47,244 nt of DNA from Planctomycetota bacterium (lineage in GTDB: Bacteria; Planctomycetota; B15-G4; SIAN01). Positions 9,929 to 21,287 of this stretch are shown here, one piece after another (position 1 is the stretch's first letter; each line of letters starts with the position of its first letter). The notes beneath the pieces were generated by a model, which was not told the origin of the DNA, ran no database searches, and was given only the letters and a program-made list of their open reading frames with translations. Made by a program: the position numbers and the translations under genes. The stretch covers positions 1 to 47,244 of the forward strand of contig VGYY01000003.1 in the NCBI GenBank assembly GCA_016872815.1, written 5' to 3'.

Positions 9929-10927
9929 TCAGCTGCGCGGCAGCTCGCGTGCCCACGCGCGCACGAGCGGAGCGATCGCAGCGCCGTCGCGCTTCGTCGA
10001 CCCGCGCACGTAGATCCACGCGCCGGCGATCTGCGTCGGCTTGATTCCCGACTCGCGCCAGCCGGCAGCGATCTCAGGATCCTGCGTGATCGCCTTCGCC
10101 GAGTCGGTGAGGCGCCACGCCTCTCCCGTGCCGAATGGCTGCGCGGGATCGAGCACGCGCGGGTTCGCGTCGTCGACGCCGCCGTCGTCGTTCGGGTGGA
10201 GGAGCAGGTAGTGCGAGGCGACGGTGTCGTCGTACGTGCCGGTCTTGAGCAGCACGACGAACGCCGTCCGCTGCGCGGGCGCGAGGCTGCGGTAGGCGCG
10301 AACGAGTGCCGACGTGTTCGCGAAGACCTTCGGCCACCCGGTCATGCCCGGCAGGTACTCCTCCTTCAGCGCGAGCTGCACGGCGCCCTCGGTCACGTCC
10401 GAGACGAAGTCCGAGTTCAGCGTCGTCATCGAGAGTCCGCACGGCGTGTAGTAGTAGTACGCGTGCGCCAGCTCGTTCAGCGCCTTCGGCGTCCACGCCG
10501 GCGTCCGCGGCACGAGCAGCTCCAGCACCATCGCCATCGCCGTGAGCAGACACCCTTCATTCGCGATGTTGTTCCCGTCGGGGAACTCGCGCATGAGCTC
10601 CTGCGCCTGCGCGAGCGGCGCACCGTTCAGCTCGTGATCCGCGCGGATGACGAGGTTCCGATCCCACATCCGCTCCTTGCCCCACGCCGGATCGTCCTGC
10701 CGAAACGGCATCCCGGAGCCGGCCGGATCGTGGAGCGCCGCCGTCGGCTCAGGTGGAGTCGGCGACCAGGCGTTCGCGGCGGTCGCTGGGGGCGGCGTTG
10801 CGGCGGACGCCGTGGAAGCGCCGACGAAGCTTGCGCCGAGGGTCGCGCCGGTTCCAAGCGCGGTGCGAAGGAAGGCGCGCCGGGAGGTGTCGTGGTTGGC
10901 GGCGGCGTTCGAGTGCTTCGGTGTCAT
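9929..10927 (-). CDS. Tat-exported C39-like (papain-fold) peptidase domain protein
   Basis: Twin-arginine signal SRRAFLR...ASA; FRQDDPAWG, GCLLTAMAMVL, SHYLLL and VLDP match the Q/C/H/D pattern of Peptidase_C39-like domains. Confidence 0.7.
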   Translation of the reverse strand: MTPKHSNAAANHDTSRRAFLRTALGTGATLGASFVGASTASAATPPPATAANAWSPTPPEPTAALHDPAGSGMPFRQDDPAWGKERMWDRNLVIRADHELNGAPLAQAQELMREFPDGNNIANEGCLLTAMAMVLELLVPRTPAWTPKALNELAHAYYYYTPCGLSMTTLNSDFVSDVTEGAVQLALKEEYLPGMTGWPKVFANTSALVRAYRSLAPAQRTAFVVLLKTGTYDDTVASHYLLLHPNDDGGVDDANPRVLDPAQPFGTGEAWRLTDSAKAITQDPEIAAGWRESGIKPTQIAGAWIYVRGSTKRDGAAIAPLVRAWARELPRS

Positions 10928-11149
10928 CGGTGCTGTCCCAGTTCTCGGCCAAACCGTCGCTCGGCCGATGGGCCACGGTTCTGGTAGCGACGGTTGGTCG
11001 CAGGGGTGATGGCAAGGTGAGACGAGAAGGGGGCGAGGATATACGGCTCGGGTATCGACACGTGCCCGCTACGGGCAGGCCTGTTGTGTGAGCGCCGCTA
11101 CACGCGGCGTGATCACCCTCATCCCTCGCGCCGCCTCCCCTCCTCGCCA

Positions 11150-11360
11150 CCACCCTGGATCAAACGTGAACGCATGCAACGCGAGCATGCCGCAGGTGAG
11201 ATCGGCGAAATCGACCAGCACCAGCAGCGACGCGTGCATCGCGACGGCGCTGGCCCAGAGCCACTTTCGCGCGGATGGCAGCGCGGCGAGCGGCGCGAAG
11301 GCGAGTTCGAGGGCGAGCGCGCCCCATGTCGCCAGTTGTAGGGCGGGCGGCGGCAGCGCA
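11150..11360 (-). pseudogene. C-terminal fragment of an HTTM-like membrane protein
   Basis: LQLATWGALALELAFAPLA...LWASAVAMHASLLVLVDFADLTCGMLALHAFTFDPGW; no corresponding N-terminus. Confidence 0.55.
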
Positions 11361-11400
11361 CCCGGCGGCGGTCGTCGCGCGCGGCGAGGCGATGCGACTC

Positions 11401-11520
11401 GGCGAGCTGCTGGCCAATGCGGAAGCTCACGAACTCGGCGGGCTGCAGCGGCGCGACGCGGACCAGGCAGTTCAGCCGCCCGTCGTCGAGGTCGTTCGGC
11501 GTCATCATCGAGCGGTCGCA
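11401..11520 (-). pseudogene. C-terminal fragment of a contractile tail sheath protein
   Basis: CDRSMMTPNDLDDGRLNCLVRVAPLQPAEFVSFRIGQ matches the sheath C-terminal consensus CDxxTMTxxDxDNGRLxxxxGxAPxxPAEFVxFRIxQ. Confidence 0.7.
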
Positions 11521-11719
11521 CCGTCGCAGTCGCGGATCCTGAGTCATCTTTTCTCCGCGAGTCGCGCGGCGCGGTCAGTTCGAGGACGACCGCGTGTGCC
11601 GGCCTTCGGCATCGAGGTTCACCGACAGGGCGATGCTCCCGGTCCCCTCGCCGAACCGCGCGCTCGGCGAGACCGCGCTGCAGTTCGACGCGGGCGGCGA
11701 TCGATACGGGGGAGCGGTC

Positions 11720-12222
11720 GGCGTCCGTTTCGCCTGGCTCTTCCAGCCGCTTCCGGTGCGGAATGAGGAGCTGATCGCCGTCAACCTCGTCGCGGTCATG
11801 ATGAGCATCGTGTTCTGGAACGGCGTGGCGCTGACCTCCGCGCTCCGCTACCCGCTGTCCCGGCGAAGCCTGGCGTGAGTCGGGTGGCTCAAGACGCAGC
11901 TGGAGGAAGCTGCCGTGTTCATCGGCATGCTTGCCGGCTTCGCGGCACTGGGATTCGCCGCCGCATGCGGAGGCTCGAGCCGGCGGCCGAGATGCAGGAT
12001 CCATCGATCCTGGCGGCCTACGCGCTCTCGGTCAGCGTCCTCGTGGGCGGCGCGGTGCTGCTCACGAATGTGTGGGAGGAGGGCACACGCCACCTCCGCG
12101 CCGGGACCGCAGGTCTGCGGCACATCTGGATTCCGCTGCTCGCGCTCGCGCTGACCGGTCTCCTCCGGTGGTTCTGGCTGGTCAAACTGCGGAACTACTA
12201 CCGTCGCAGCGACCTCGTGTGA
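11720..12222 (+). pseudogene. Decayed polytopic membrane protein (permease-like)
   Basis: Hydrophobic segments continue across an in-frame TGA at 11876-11878 (YPLSRRSLA*VGWLKT) and a frameshift near 11970-11990. Confidence 0.5.
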
Positions 12223-12234
12223 GCGCGGCCGCGG

Positions 12235-15123
<2,889 letters not shown>

Positions 15124-15415
15124 GGATCCCGATCCGGTTCGGACTTCACGGCTGGAACACGGTGTATAGACAAGCGTTGCGCTCGCCGCGGTGGTGGCGG
15201 GTGAGAGGGGATCGGCAGGCGGGGCGAGCGCCCTCAAGCCGGGTTCGATCGGCCCCTCCCCAAGAGTCCGTCGCCAACGTTAGCCCCGCTTCGAGGCGAC
15301 CGGGCGCTGGTGAGCATGCCGCGGCAGCAGGTCGAATGCCGCAGCCGTCGAGCCGTCGGAGCAGCGTGAGGCGGTGAGCCACCACCGTGCGAACGCACGG
15401 ACGCTGCGGACTTGC

Positions 15416-16513
15416 CTACTCCGGTTGCTGCTGCGTCACGCAGTGTAACATTCCGCCGGCCCGGTAGAGGTTGCGGCAGTCGATGCCGATGACCTGGCGC
15501 TCCTCGAACAGGTCCTGCAGCAGGTCGAGCGCGACCGCGTCGTTCGCATCGGCGTAGGTGGGCACCAGCACCACGGTGTTGGCGACATAGAAGTTGACGT
15601 ACGAGCCCCGGTAGCCGAGGTCGAGCCCGTAGGTGGTGACGACGTCCTCGGCCGTCAGCGGCAGATCGAGCCGGCGGTACTCGCGGCCGTCGACGTCGTC
15701 CGCGGCCGCGATCGTCGCGATGTCGCTCTCGGACAGGCCCCAGTAGCGCAGGTCGTCGTCGCCCATGGTGACGATCGTCCGCGGATCGGCGAAGCGCAGG
15801 AACCCGTCGACGTGCATGTCGGTGATGTCGAACTTCCCGCCCGGCGCGCCGTCGAGCCAGATCACCTTGTCGATGCCGAGGTTGCGCGCGAGACGGTTGT
15901 CGAGCTCCTCCTCGCTCAGGCCGGGGTTGCGCTTGTCCTCGAGGATCGAGCTGCGGGTGGCGATGAGGACGCCGCGTCCGTCCACCTCGATGGCGCCGCC
16001 TTCGAGCACGGTGCCGCCGCGATCGAGGCGCGGCAGCCCGAGCGCCGTCGCCACTGCCTGCGGCACGGTGTCGTCGCGCGCGAATGGAGCGTCGTCGCCC
16101 CAGCCATCGAAGCCCCAGTCGAGCACGTGGAGCGCGCCCTTCGCGTCCTCCACGAAGAGCGGGCCGTTGTCGCGCACCCAGCAGTCATCGGTCCGGCGCA
16201 GCAAGAAGTCGACCTGGTCGAGCGCGATGCCGTTCGCCGTCAGCAGCGACTCGATCCGCGCCTGCTCGGTGGCGTCGAAGGCGACGATGTGGACTCTCTC
16301 GCTGCCGACCAGCGCGCGGGTCATCTCGATCCACGTCGGCTCGATCCGGTTGCGGTACGTCCTGCCGTACGTGTGGTGGTGCGGCCACTGCAGCCAGGTG
16401 CCCTCGTGCCGAGCGGACTCGTCGGGCAGTCGCCACCGCTCGCCGCCAGGTGATGGGGCGATGCAAGCGAGCGCGGCAAACGGCAGGAAGCGGGCGGGAA
16501 GGCGCATGCCCAT
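15416..16513 (-). CDS. aguA: Agmatine/peptidylarginine deiminase (PAD_porph family)
   Basis: WLQWPH, WVRDNGP, LEGGAIEVDGRG, TDMHVDG, SYVNFYVAN and catalytic GGMLHCVTQQQP. Confidence 0.9.
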   Translation of the reverse strand: MGMRLPARFLPFAALACIAPSPGGERWRLPDESARHEGTWLQWPHHHTYGRTYRNRIEPTWIEMTRALVGSERVHIVAFDATEQARIESLLTANGIALDQVDFLLRRTDDCWVRDNGPLFVEDAKGALHVLDWGFDGWGDDAPFARDDTVPQAVATALGLPRLDRGGTVLEGGAIEVDGRGVLIATRSSILEDKRNPGLSEEELDNRLARNLGIDKVIWLDGAPGGKFDITDMHVDGFLRFADPRTIVTMGDDDLRYWGLSESDIATIAAADDVDGREYRRLDLPLTAEDVVTTYGLDLGYRGSYVNFYVANTVVLVPTYADANDAVALDLLQDLFEERQVIGIDCRNLYRAGGMLHCVTQQQPE

Positions 16514-16521
16514 CCCTATAG

Positions 16522-16577
16522 CCCCGGAGCATCGCGACGGAAGTCGCCGAGCGTGGCGCGGTGGCGACGCTCCGGGG
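16522..16577 (-). repeat. 14-bp GC-rich inverted repeat in an intergenic spacer
   Basis: ccccggagcatcgc (16522-16535) pairs with gcgacgctccgggg (16564-16577); the single mismatch is a G-U pair on the minus strand. No U-tract follows. Confidence 0.5.
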
Positions 16578-16611
16578 TGCGTGTCGTCCCCGGGGTGCCG
16601 CCCTCAGTCGA

Positions 16612-17619
16612 TCACGGCAACTCGAGGTTGCCGTTGTTGGTGTTGCAGTTGTCGAAGTTGTTGTTGAAGACGTCCAGCGCGCTGTTCAGGTTGCTGAACG
16701 TGACGTCGCCGATCGAGTCGCCGTCGACGTCGAAGGGACCCGCGCCGAGCTCGCAGGCGATCGCCTGGTCGGCAAGGCCGATCAGGTCGCGCACCGTCCA
16801 GCCGATCAACTTGGAGTGGACGCCGGCGACGAAGACGAGGTCGCACAGCTTCAGGTCGATGCGGCACTTGCCGCTGTCGAAGACGCCGGCGTCATCGAAC
16901 GCGCAGTTGAGCTTCGCGGCGACGAGCTGGCCGGCGAAGACGCAAGCCGGCAGGGTGGTCGGATTGATCGCGTCATAGGTCAGCGGGCCGGGACCGCCAC
17001 CGATCGGCAGGAACGTCTGGACCGCGGCGGCGGTGTCCCAGCGCGCGGCCCAGAGACCGCTCTCGCCGTCATTGATGCCGCCCTGATCGCCGATCAGCAG
17101 GCCGTTCGGGAACAGCGTGGTGAACCAGGTGTCGAGCAGGCAACCGGGGTTGTTGCCGTTGCAGTTCGTCCCCCAGCCGCCTTGCGTGTAGGTGCAGAGA
17201 TCGCCGGCGTGGATCGCATCGATGAAGGTCGTGGCGACCTGGTTCGAGATGCCGACGTTCGGCCGACAGGTGATGAACTGCGAGTAGACGGTGATCCCGA
17301 CCAGCGTCGGGTCGCAATCGACGTCGAAGGCGTGATGCCCGGTCGCATCGAGCGTGAAGTGGACTTCCGTCAGCAGCGGGAAGTCGAGGCAGATCGTGCC
17401 GTACCTGCGGCTCTGGATCGGGCCCTGACCGGCGGAGATCATCAGCAGTCCCATCTCGTTCGCCGGTCCGACGAGGTCGACGGTGACCGTGCTGCCGATC
17501 TCCACTTCATCGGGGATGGTGAGGACCCACCCGGCCTTGCCGCCGCAGCCTTGGGCCTCTGCGAGGCCGGGCGCTGACGCCAGCAGGCCGGCCGCCATGA
17601 GGACGAGACGCAGGTTCAT
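16612..17619 (-). CDS. Exported Cys-rich hypothetical protein with a TYTQGGWG domain
   Basis: ATG 17619 after GGAG; signal peptide ending AEA; motifs TYTQGGWG, FPNGLLIG, FLPIGG and FAGQLVAAKLN. Confidence 0.75.
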   Translation of the reverse strand: MNLRLVLMAAGLLASAPGLAEAQGCGGKAGWVLTIPDEVEIGSTVTVDLVGPANEMGLLMISAGQGPIQSRRYGTICLDFPLLTEVHFTLDATGHHAFDVDCDPTLVGITVYSQFITCRPNVGISNQVATTFIDAIHAGDLCTYTQGGWGTNCNGNNPGCLLDTWFTTLFPNGLLIGDQGGINDGESGLWAARWDTAAAVQTFLPIGGGPGPLTYDAINPTTLPACVFAGQLVAAKLNCAFDDAGVFDSGKCRIDLKLCDLVFVAGVHSKLIGWTVRDLIGLADQAIACELGAGPFDVDGDSIGDVTFSNLNSALDVFNNNFDNCNTNNGNLELP

Positions 17620-17817
17620 GGATGTCGTGCTCCGTGAGAGGGGGGAGCGGCAGCGCCGCGACACGGTCGCGAACGCACCGGCAGCCCGCATGCCACGGTG
17701 GCCAGGAAGCTGCGGACGAGTGGTAACAGCAGTCGCGCGCAGCGCCCGGTGGAACCGGTCCCTGGAGAAGACGTTTTGCGATCGCGGGGCGGGAGGCTCG
17801 CTCGAGTCGCGCCTCCG

Positions 17818-18050
17818 CCGGCCCGCAGCGCGGCATCGAGATGCGTCGCGAGCGCACTGAACTCGGCTGCCGTGATCTTCATCCCCGTGTGCAGCGGCTT
17901 CATGTGCGCCACCTGCCCGTCGGAGGGCTTCCACTCCTGGAAACCGGGCACGTCCTTGCGGAAGAAGTCGACCGCGGGTGCGGGTGCGGCTTCCGCGACG
18001 AAGTCATCCACCACGCGGCGCACGTTCGCCTCGCCGCCGAGCCGACGCTT
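17818..18050 (-). pseudogene. Group I truncated haemoglobin remnant with an internal deletion
   Basis: RLGGEANVRRVVDDFV...VDFFRK...MKPLHTGMKITAAEFSALATHL. The E-helix/GGP-x-x-Y-x-G segment normally found before MxxxHxGM is missing, and there is no start codon. Confidence 0.65.
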
Positions 18051-18221
18051 GTCGGAGTGGCGACCACCCGCTTGCCGCCTGTCGCCGCACCTCTGGCACC
18101 AGCCCAGCAGCCGAGTGCCAGATTGGCGACGTCGCAGCGTTGCGCTATCACCGAGCGCCACGGCGGAAGGGCTGATCCCGTCGTCGAGGCGACGCAGACT
18201 TCGGTCGACAGGAGAAAGGCG

Positions 18222-19640
18222 ATGACCCGAGCAATCCCGGCCGGCGGAATCTGGCTCCTTCTGCTCGGCAGTTGTGCCGTGGATCCGCGCGCCTCGATCG
18301 ACGCCGATTCCTCGCCCGAGCGGCGCCCGAAGGCGCGCTTCACTCCTGCCGCTGGCGCGGCGTTCTCGGCGCTGATCGCCCAAGGGCGGCCGTCGACCGG
18401 AGGCGCCGCGACACCGCCCGGCGCGACCGCCGGCGGCGCCGCGACCTTCGACACCCAGTTGCCGTGGTCGGGCTTCACCGATTGGGAGCCCACGGTCGCC
18501 TGCAGCCGCGACGGCCGCTACGTGTATCAGGCCACCACGCGCCACGGCGACCCGAACTCATTCTCGCAGCCGCACGTCGCATTGCGTGTCTCGATCGACG
18601 GCGGCGCCACCTGGCTGCCCGACCAGTTCGTCGAGAACACGCGTCGCTGGGAGGCCGATCCGCAGATCGCGGTGTCCGACGACGGCACCGTCTTCGTCGT
18701 CTGGCTCAGCCTGTTCACGCCCGGCGTGAGCTTCAAGAAGTCGACCGATCACGGGAAGACCTGGAGCACGCCGATCGCGCTGGCGCCGCCAGGAGCGAGT
18801 TTCCCGCCGGGATGGTCCGACAAACCGTGGCTGACCGTCCACCCGAACGGTCAGGACCTCTTCGTCGGTTTCAACGCCTCCGATCCCTACGTCGTCGTCT
18901 CGCACGACGGCGGCGTCACCTGGACGAAACCGCGCCGCACCGCCAACAACGGTCGCTACTGGTACCACACCGGCGGCTGCGTCACGCCGACGGGCGAGAT
19001 CCACTTCGCCACCGCGGACTACAGGACGAACTACCTCGGGAAGACCTACCTGAACGTCACGTCCTCGACGGACAACGGCAAGAGCTGGCAGAACACGCGG
19101 GTCGACACGAGCGAGGAGATGCCCGACTGCGCCGGCGTGGCGGGCTGCTACTTCGGCTTTCTCGGCCCGCAGTCGGCCATCGCGTGCGATTCGGCCGGGA
19201 CGCTGGCGTACGTCTGGAACGCCGGCCGCAGCAAGAACGCGCCGCAGCAACTCTGGTTCGCCACGTCGACGGATGGCGTCACCTGGTCGACGCCGCAGCA
19301 GATCTCGGTGGCGAACGCCGCGGTCGGCAACGGCTTCCCGCAGATCACCGCGGGCCCGACGCCCGGCGACTTCCGCGTCACCTGGCAGGACGACCGCGAC
19401 GGCGGGCTCTGGAACACCTGGTTCAAGCGCACCCTCGACGGCGGTGCGACCTGGAGCGCCGACGTCCGTCTGTCGAACATGGCGTCGACCGGCGCCTACA
19501 AGCAGGTCGGCAGCTACGACTTCGTCTTCGGCGACTACAACGGGATGGCGGTCGATCAGTGGGGCACCAACCACGTGATCTGGGGCGAGGGCTACAGCTA
19601 CAACGGCCCCGGCAACACCTGGTACACGAAGGGCTGGTGA
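18222..19640 (+). CDS. BNR/Asp-box beta-propeller (sialidase-family) lipoprotein
   Basis: AGGAG RBS; lipobox LGSC; six Asp-box-like motifs (SIDGGATW, STDHGKTW, SHDGGVTW, STDNGKSW, STDGVTW, TLDGGATW); GDYNG near the C-terminus. Confidence 0.85.
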   Translation: MTRAIPAGGIWLLLLGSCAVDPRASIDADSSPERRPKARFTPAAGAAFSALIAQGRPSTGGAATPPGATAGGAATFDTQLPWSGFTDWEPTVACSRDGRYVYQATTRHGDPNSFSQPHVALRVSIDGGATWLPDQFVENTRRWEADPQIAVSDDGTVFVVWLSLFTPGVSFKKSTDHGKTWSTPIALAPPGASFPPGWSDKPWLTVHPNGQDLFVGFNASDPYVVVSHDGGVTWTKPRRTANNGRYWYHTGGCVTPTGEIHFATADYRTNYLGKTYLNVTSSTDNGKSWQNTRVDTSEEMPDCAGVAGCYFGFLGPQSAIACDSAGTLAYVWNAGRSKNAPQQLWFATSTDGVTWSTPQQISVANAAVGNGFPQITAGPTPGDFRVTWQDDRDGGLWNTWFKRTLDGGATWSADVRLSNMASTGAYKQVGSYDFVFGDYNGMAVDQWGTNHVIWGEGYSYNGPGNTWYTKGW

Positions 19641-19759
19641 GCCGGCCGGCGGCGGGCGGCCCGCACCCCGCTGCCGCCGCGTTCGCGCCGGTCCTGCGAC
19701 CTCACTCCGCTCCCGCGAACGTCCCCGCCAGCTCCGCGACTTCGCGCCAGGTCGAGCGC

Positions 19760-20860
19760 GATGTCCTGTGACCGAAGTTCGCAAAGCATGTTCTGTGGAG
19801 CGCCGAAGTAGCCTCATCCAGGCTGCCATGGCACGACCCAGCATCGATGATCCCGAGGTCACGAGCGCGGAGCGCACGGCGCTCGAGGGCTACTGACAGC
19901 GTCGCAAGACGGGCCAGGCGTTGGCTTTGCGCTCGCGCATCGTCCTCCACCGCGCGGTCGGGCGCGCGGACCAAGATGTTGCGGACGAGCTTGGCGTCAG
20001 CCGCCTCACGGTCGGCAAGTGGCGTCGGCGCTTCCTCGTGAAGCACCTCGACGGCCTGCTCGACGAGCCGCGCTCGGGCACGCCGCGGAAGACCAAGGAC
20101 CATCAGATCGAGCGCGTGATTACGACCACGCTCGAAAGCCTGCCGAAAGATGCGACTCATTGGAGCACTCGCGGCCTCGCCAAGCAGCTCGGTCTCAGCC
20201 ACATGACCATCGCTCGCATCTGGCGTGCGTTCGGTCTCAAACCGCATCTCGCCGAGACGTTCAAGCTCTCGATCGATCCGCTGTTCATCGAGAAGGTCCG
20301 CGACATCGTCGGCCTCTGCCTGGCGCCGCCCGATCGCGCCCGCGTGCTCTGCGTCGATGAGAAATCGAAGATCCAGGCACTCGATCGCACGCAGCCCCTG
20401 CTTCCGATGCGCCCCGGGCAGGTAGAGCGACGCACTCACGACTACGTGCGTCACGGCACCACGTCGCTCTTCGCTGCACTCGACATCGCCACGGGCACCG
20501 TGATCGGCAAGTGCCGCCGCCGCCATCGCTCCAAGGAGTTCCGCGACTTCCTGGATCTGATCGACCGAGAAGTGCCGCCGAAGCTCGACGTGCACCTCGT
20601 GATCGACAACGCCAGCACCCACAAGACGCCGCTCATCCATCGCTGGCTGCTGCGCCATCCGCGGTTCCGACTGCACTTCACCCCAACCAGCTCGTTCTGG
20701 ATCAACCAGGTCGAACGCTTCTTCGTCACGCTCACCGAAAAACAGATCCGCAGAGGTGTCCATCGCAGCACCATCGCTCTCGAACAGGCCATCGAGAGCC
20801 ATCTCGCTACCTACAACCGCGACCCTCGGCCGTTTCGATGGACCAGGACCGCCGACCTCG
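19760..20860 (+). mobile_element. Defective IS630-family element
   Basis: Transposase from ATG 19828 with a nonsense TGA at 19894-19896. HTH region ([25 protein letters not shown]) and DDE residues (VDEKS, IDNASTH, NQVERFF) are present. Similarity stops at WTRTAD. Candidate left end gatgtcctgtgaccgaagtt at 19760; no right end seen next to the gene. Confidence 0.9.
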
Positions 20861-21232
20861 GCCAGGACGTGTGGGGTGCTCGTGCGCCACGCGGATCGTG
20901 GTGAAGATCAGCGCCACGCGCTACCTCAGCTTGGCGACGTTGGCGGCGAGCACCATCCGCTTCGCCATGCGCTTCTTCGCGCCGCTCAGCGGCGCCGGGT
21001 CGATGGCGCCGGCATCCGCGGTCGCGATCCCTTTCGAGCGCTGTGCGACGCCTGCTCTGCCATCCCCTCGTCGAAGCAGCCGGGGGGGCCATGCTCCGAC
21101 GCCCGCGCCCGCCGCGACTCCTGGAGCGCGTCGGCTCAGTTCGACGACTGGCTGCGCTCCGGCGAGCCCACTGGGTGCTCCATCGTCCTCGGCTCGCAGA
21201 GACCGAAACCCGAGACCGAGCGCGGGGTTCCT

Positions 21233-21274
21233 TGATGTCCTGACTCCGAAGCAAAGTTCAGAATCAGGACATCA
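21233..21274. repeat. 42-bp palindrome resembling paired IS630 termini
   Basis: Perfect 11-bp arms tgatgtcctga / tcaggacatca with further imperfect inner pairing; shares gatgtcctg-nnn-ccgaag with the 19760 IS end. Confidence 0.6.
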
Positions 21275-21287
21275 GCCGGAGGATGCG

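Noticed and set aside
5656-10927. Lanthipeptide/RiPP cluster (LanC plus C39-like peptidase)
   Set aside because: LanC is truncated, there is no dehydratase, precursor or ABC exporter, and the peptidase is Tat-exported and separated by unrelated genes.
11876-11878. In-frame TGA in the membrane-protein remnant as Sec
   Set aside because: It is accompanied by a frameshift and has no redox motif; likely a CGA or TGG to TGA mutation.
19894-19896. In-frame TGA in the IS630 transposase as Sec or programmed read-through
   Set aside because: The position is not a Cys column in IS630 transposases and the gene is also truncated at its 3' end; simple nonsense decay.
20860-21230. Coding-like scraps after the transposase (minus-strand ...IDPAPLSGAKKRM...*RVALIF)
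   Set aside because: Interrupted by a stop and too short to assign to a family.
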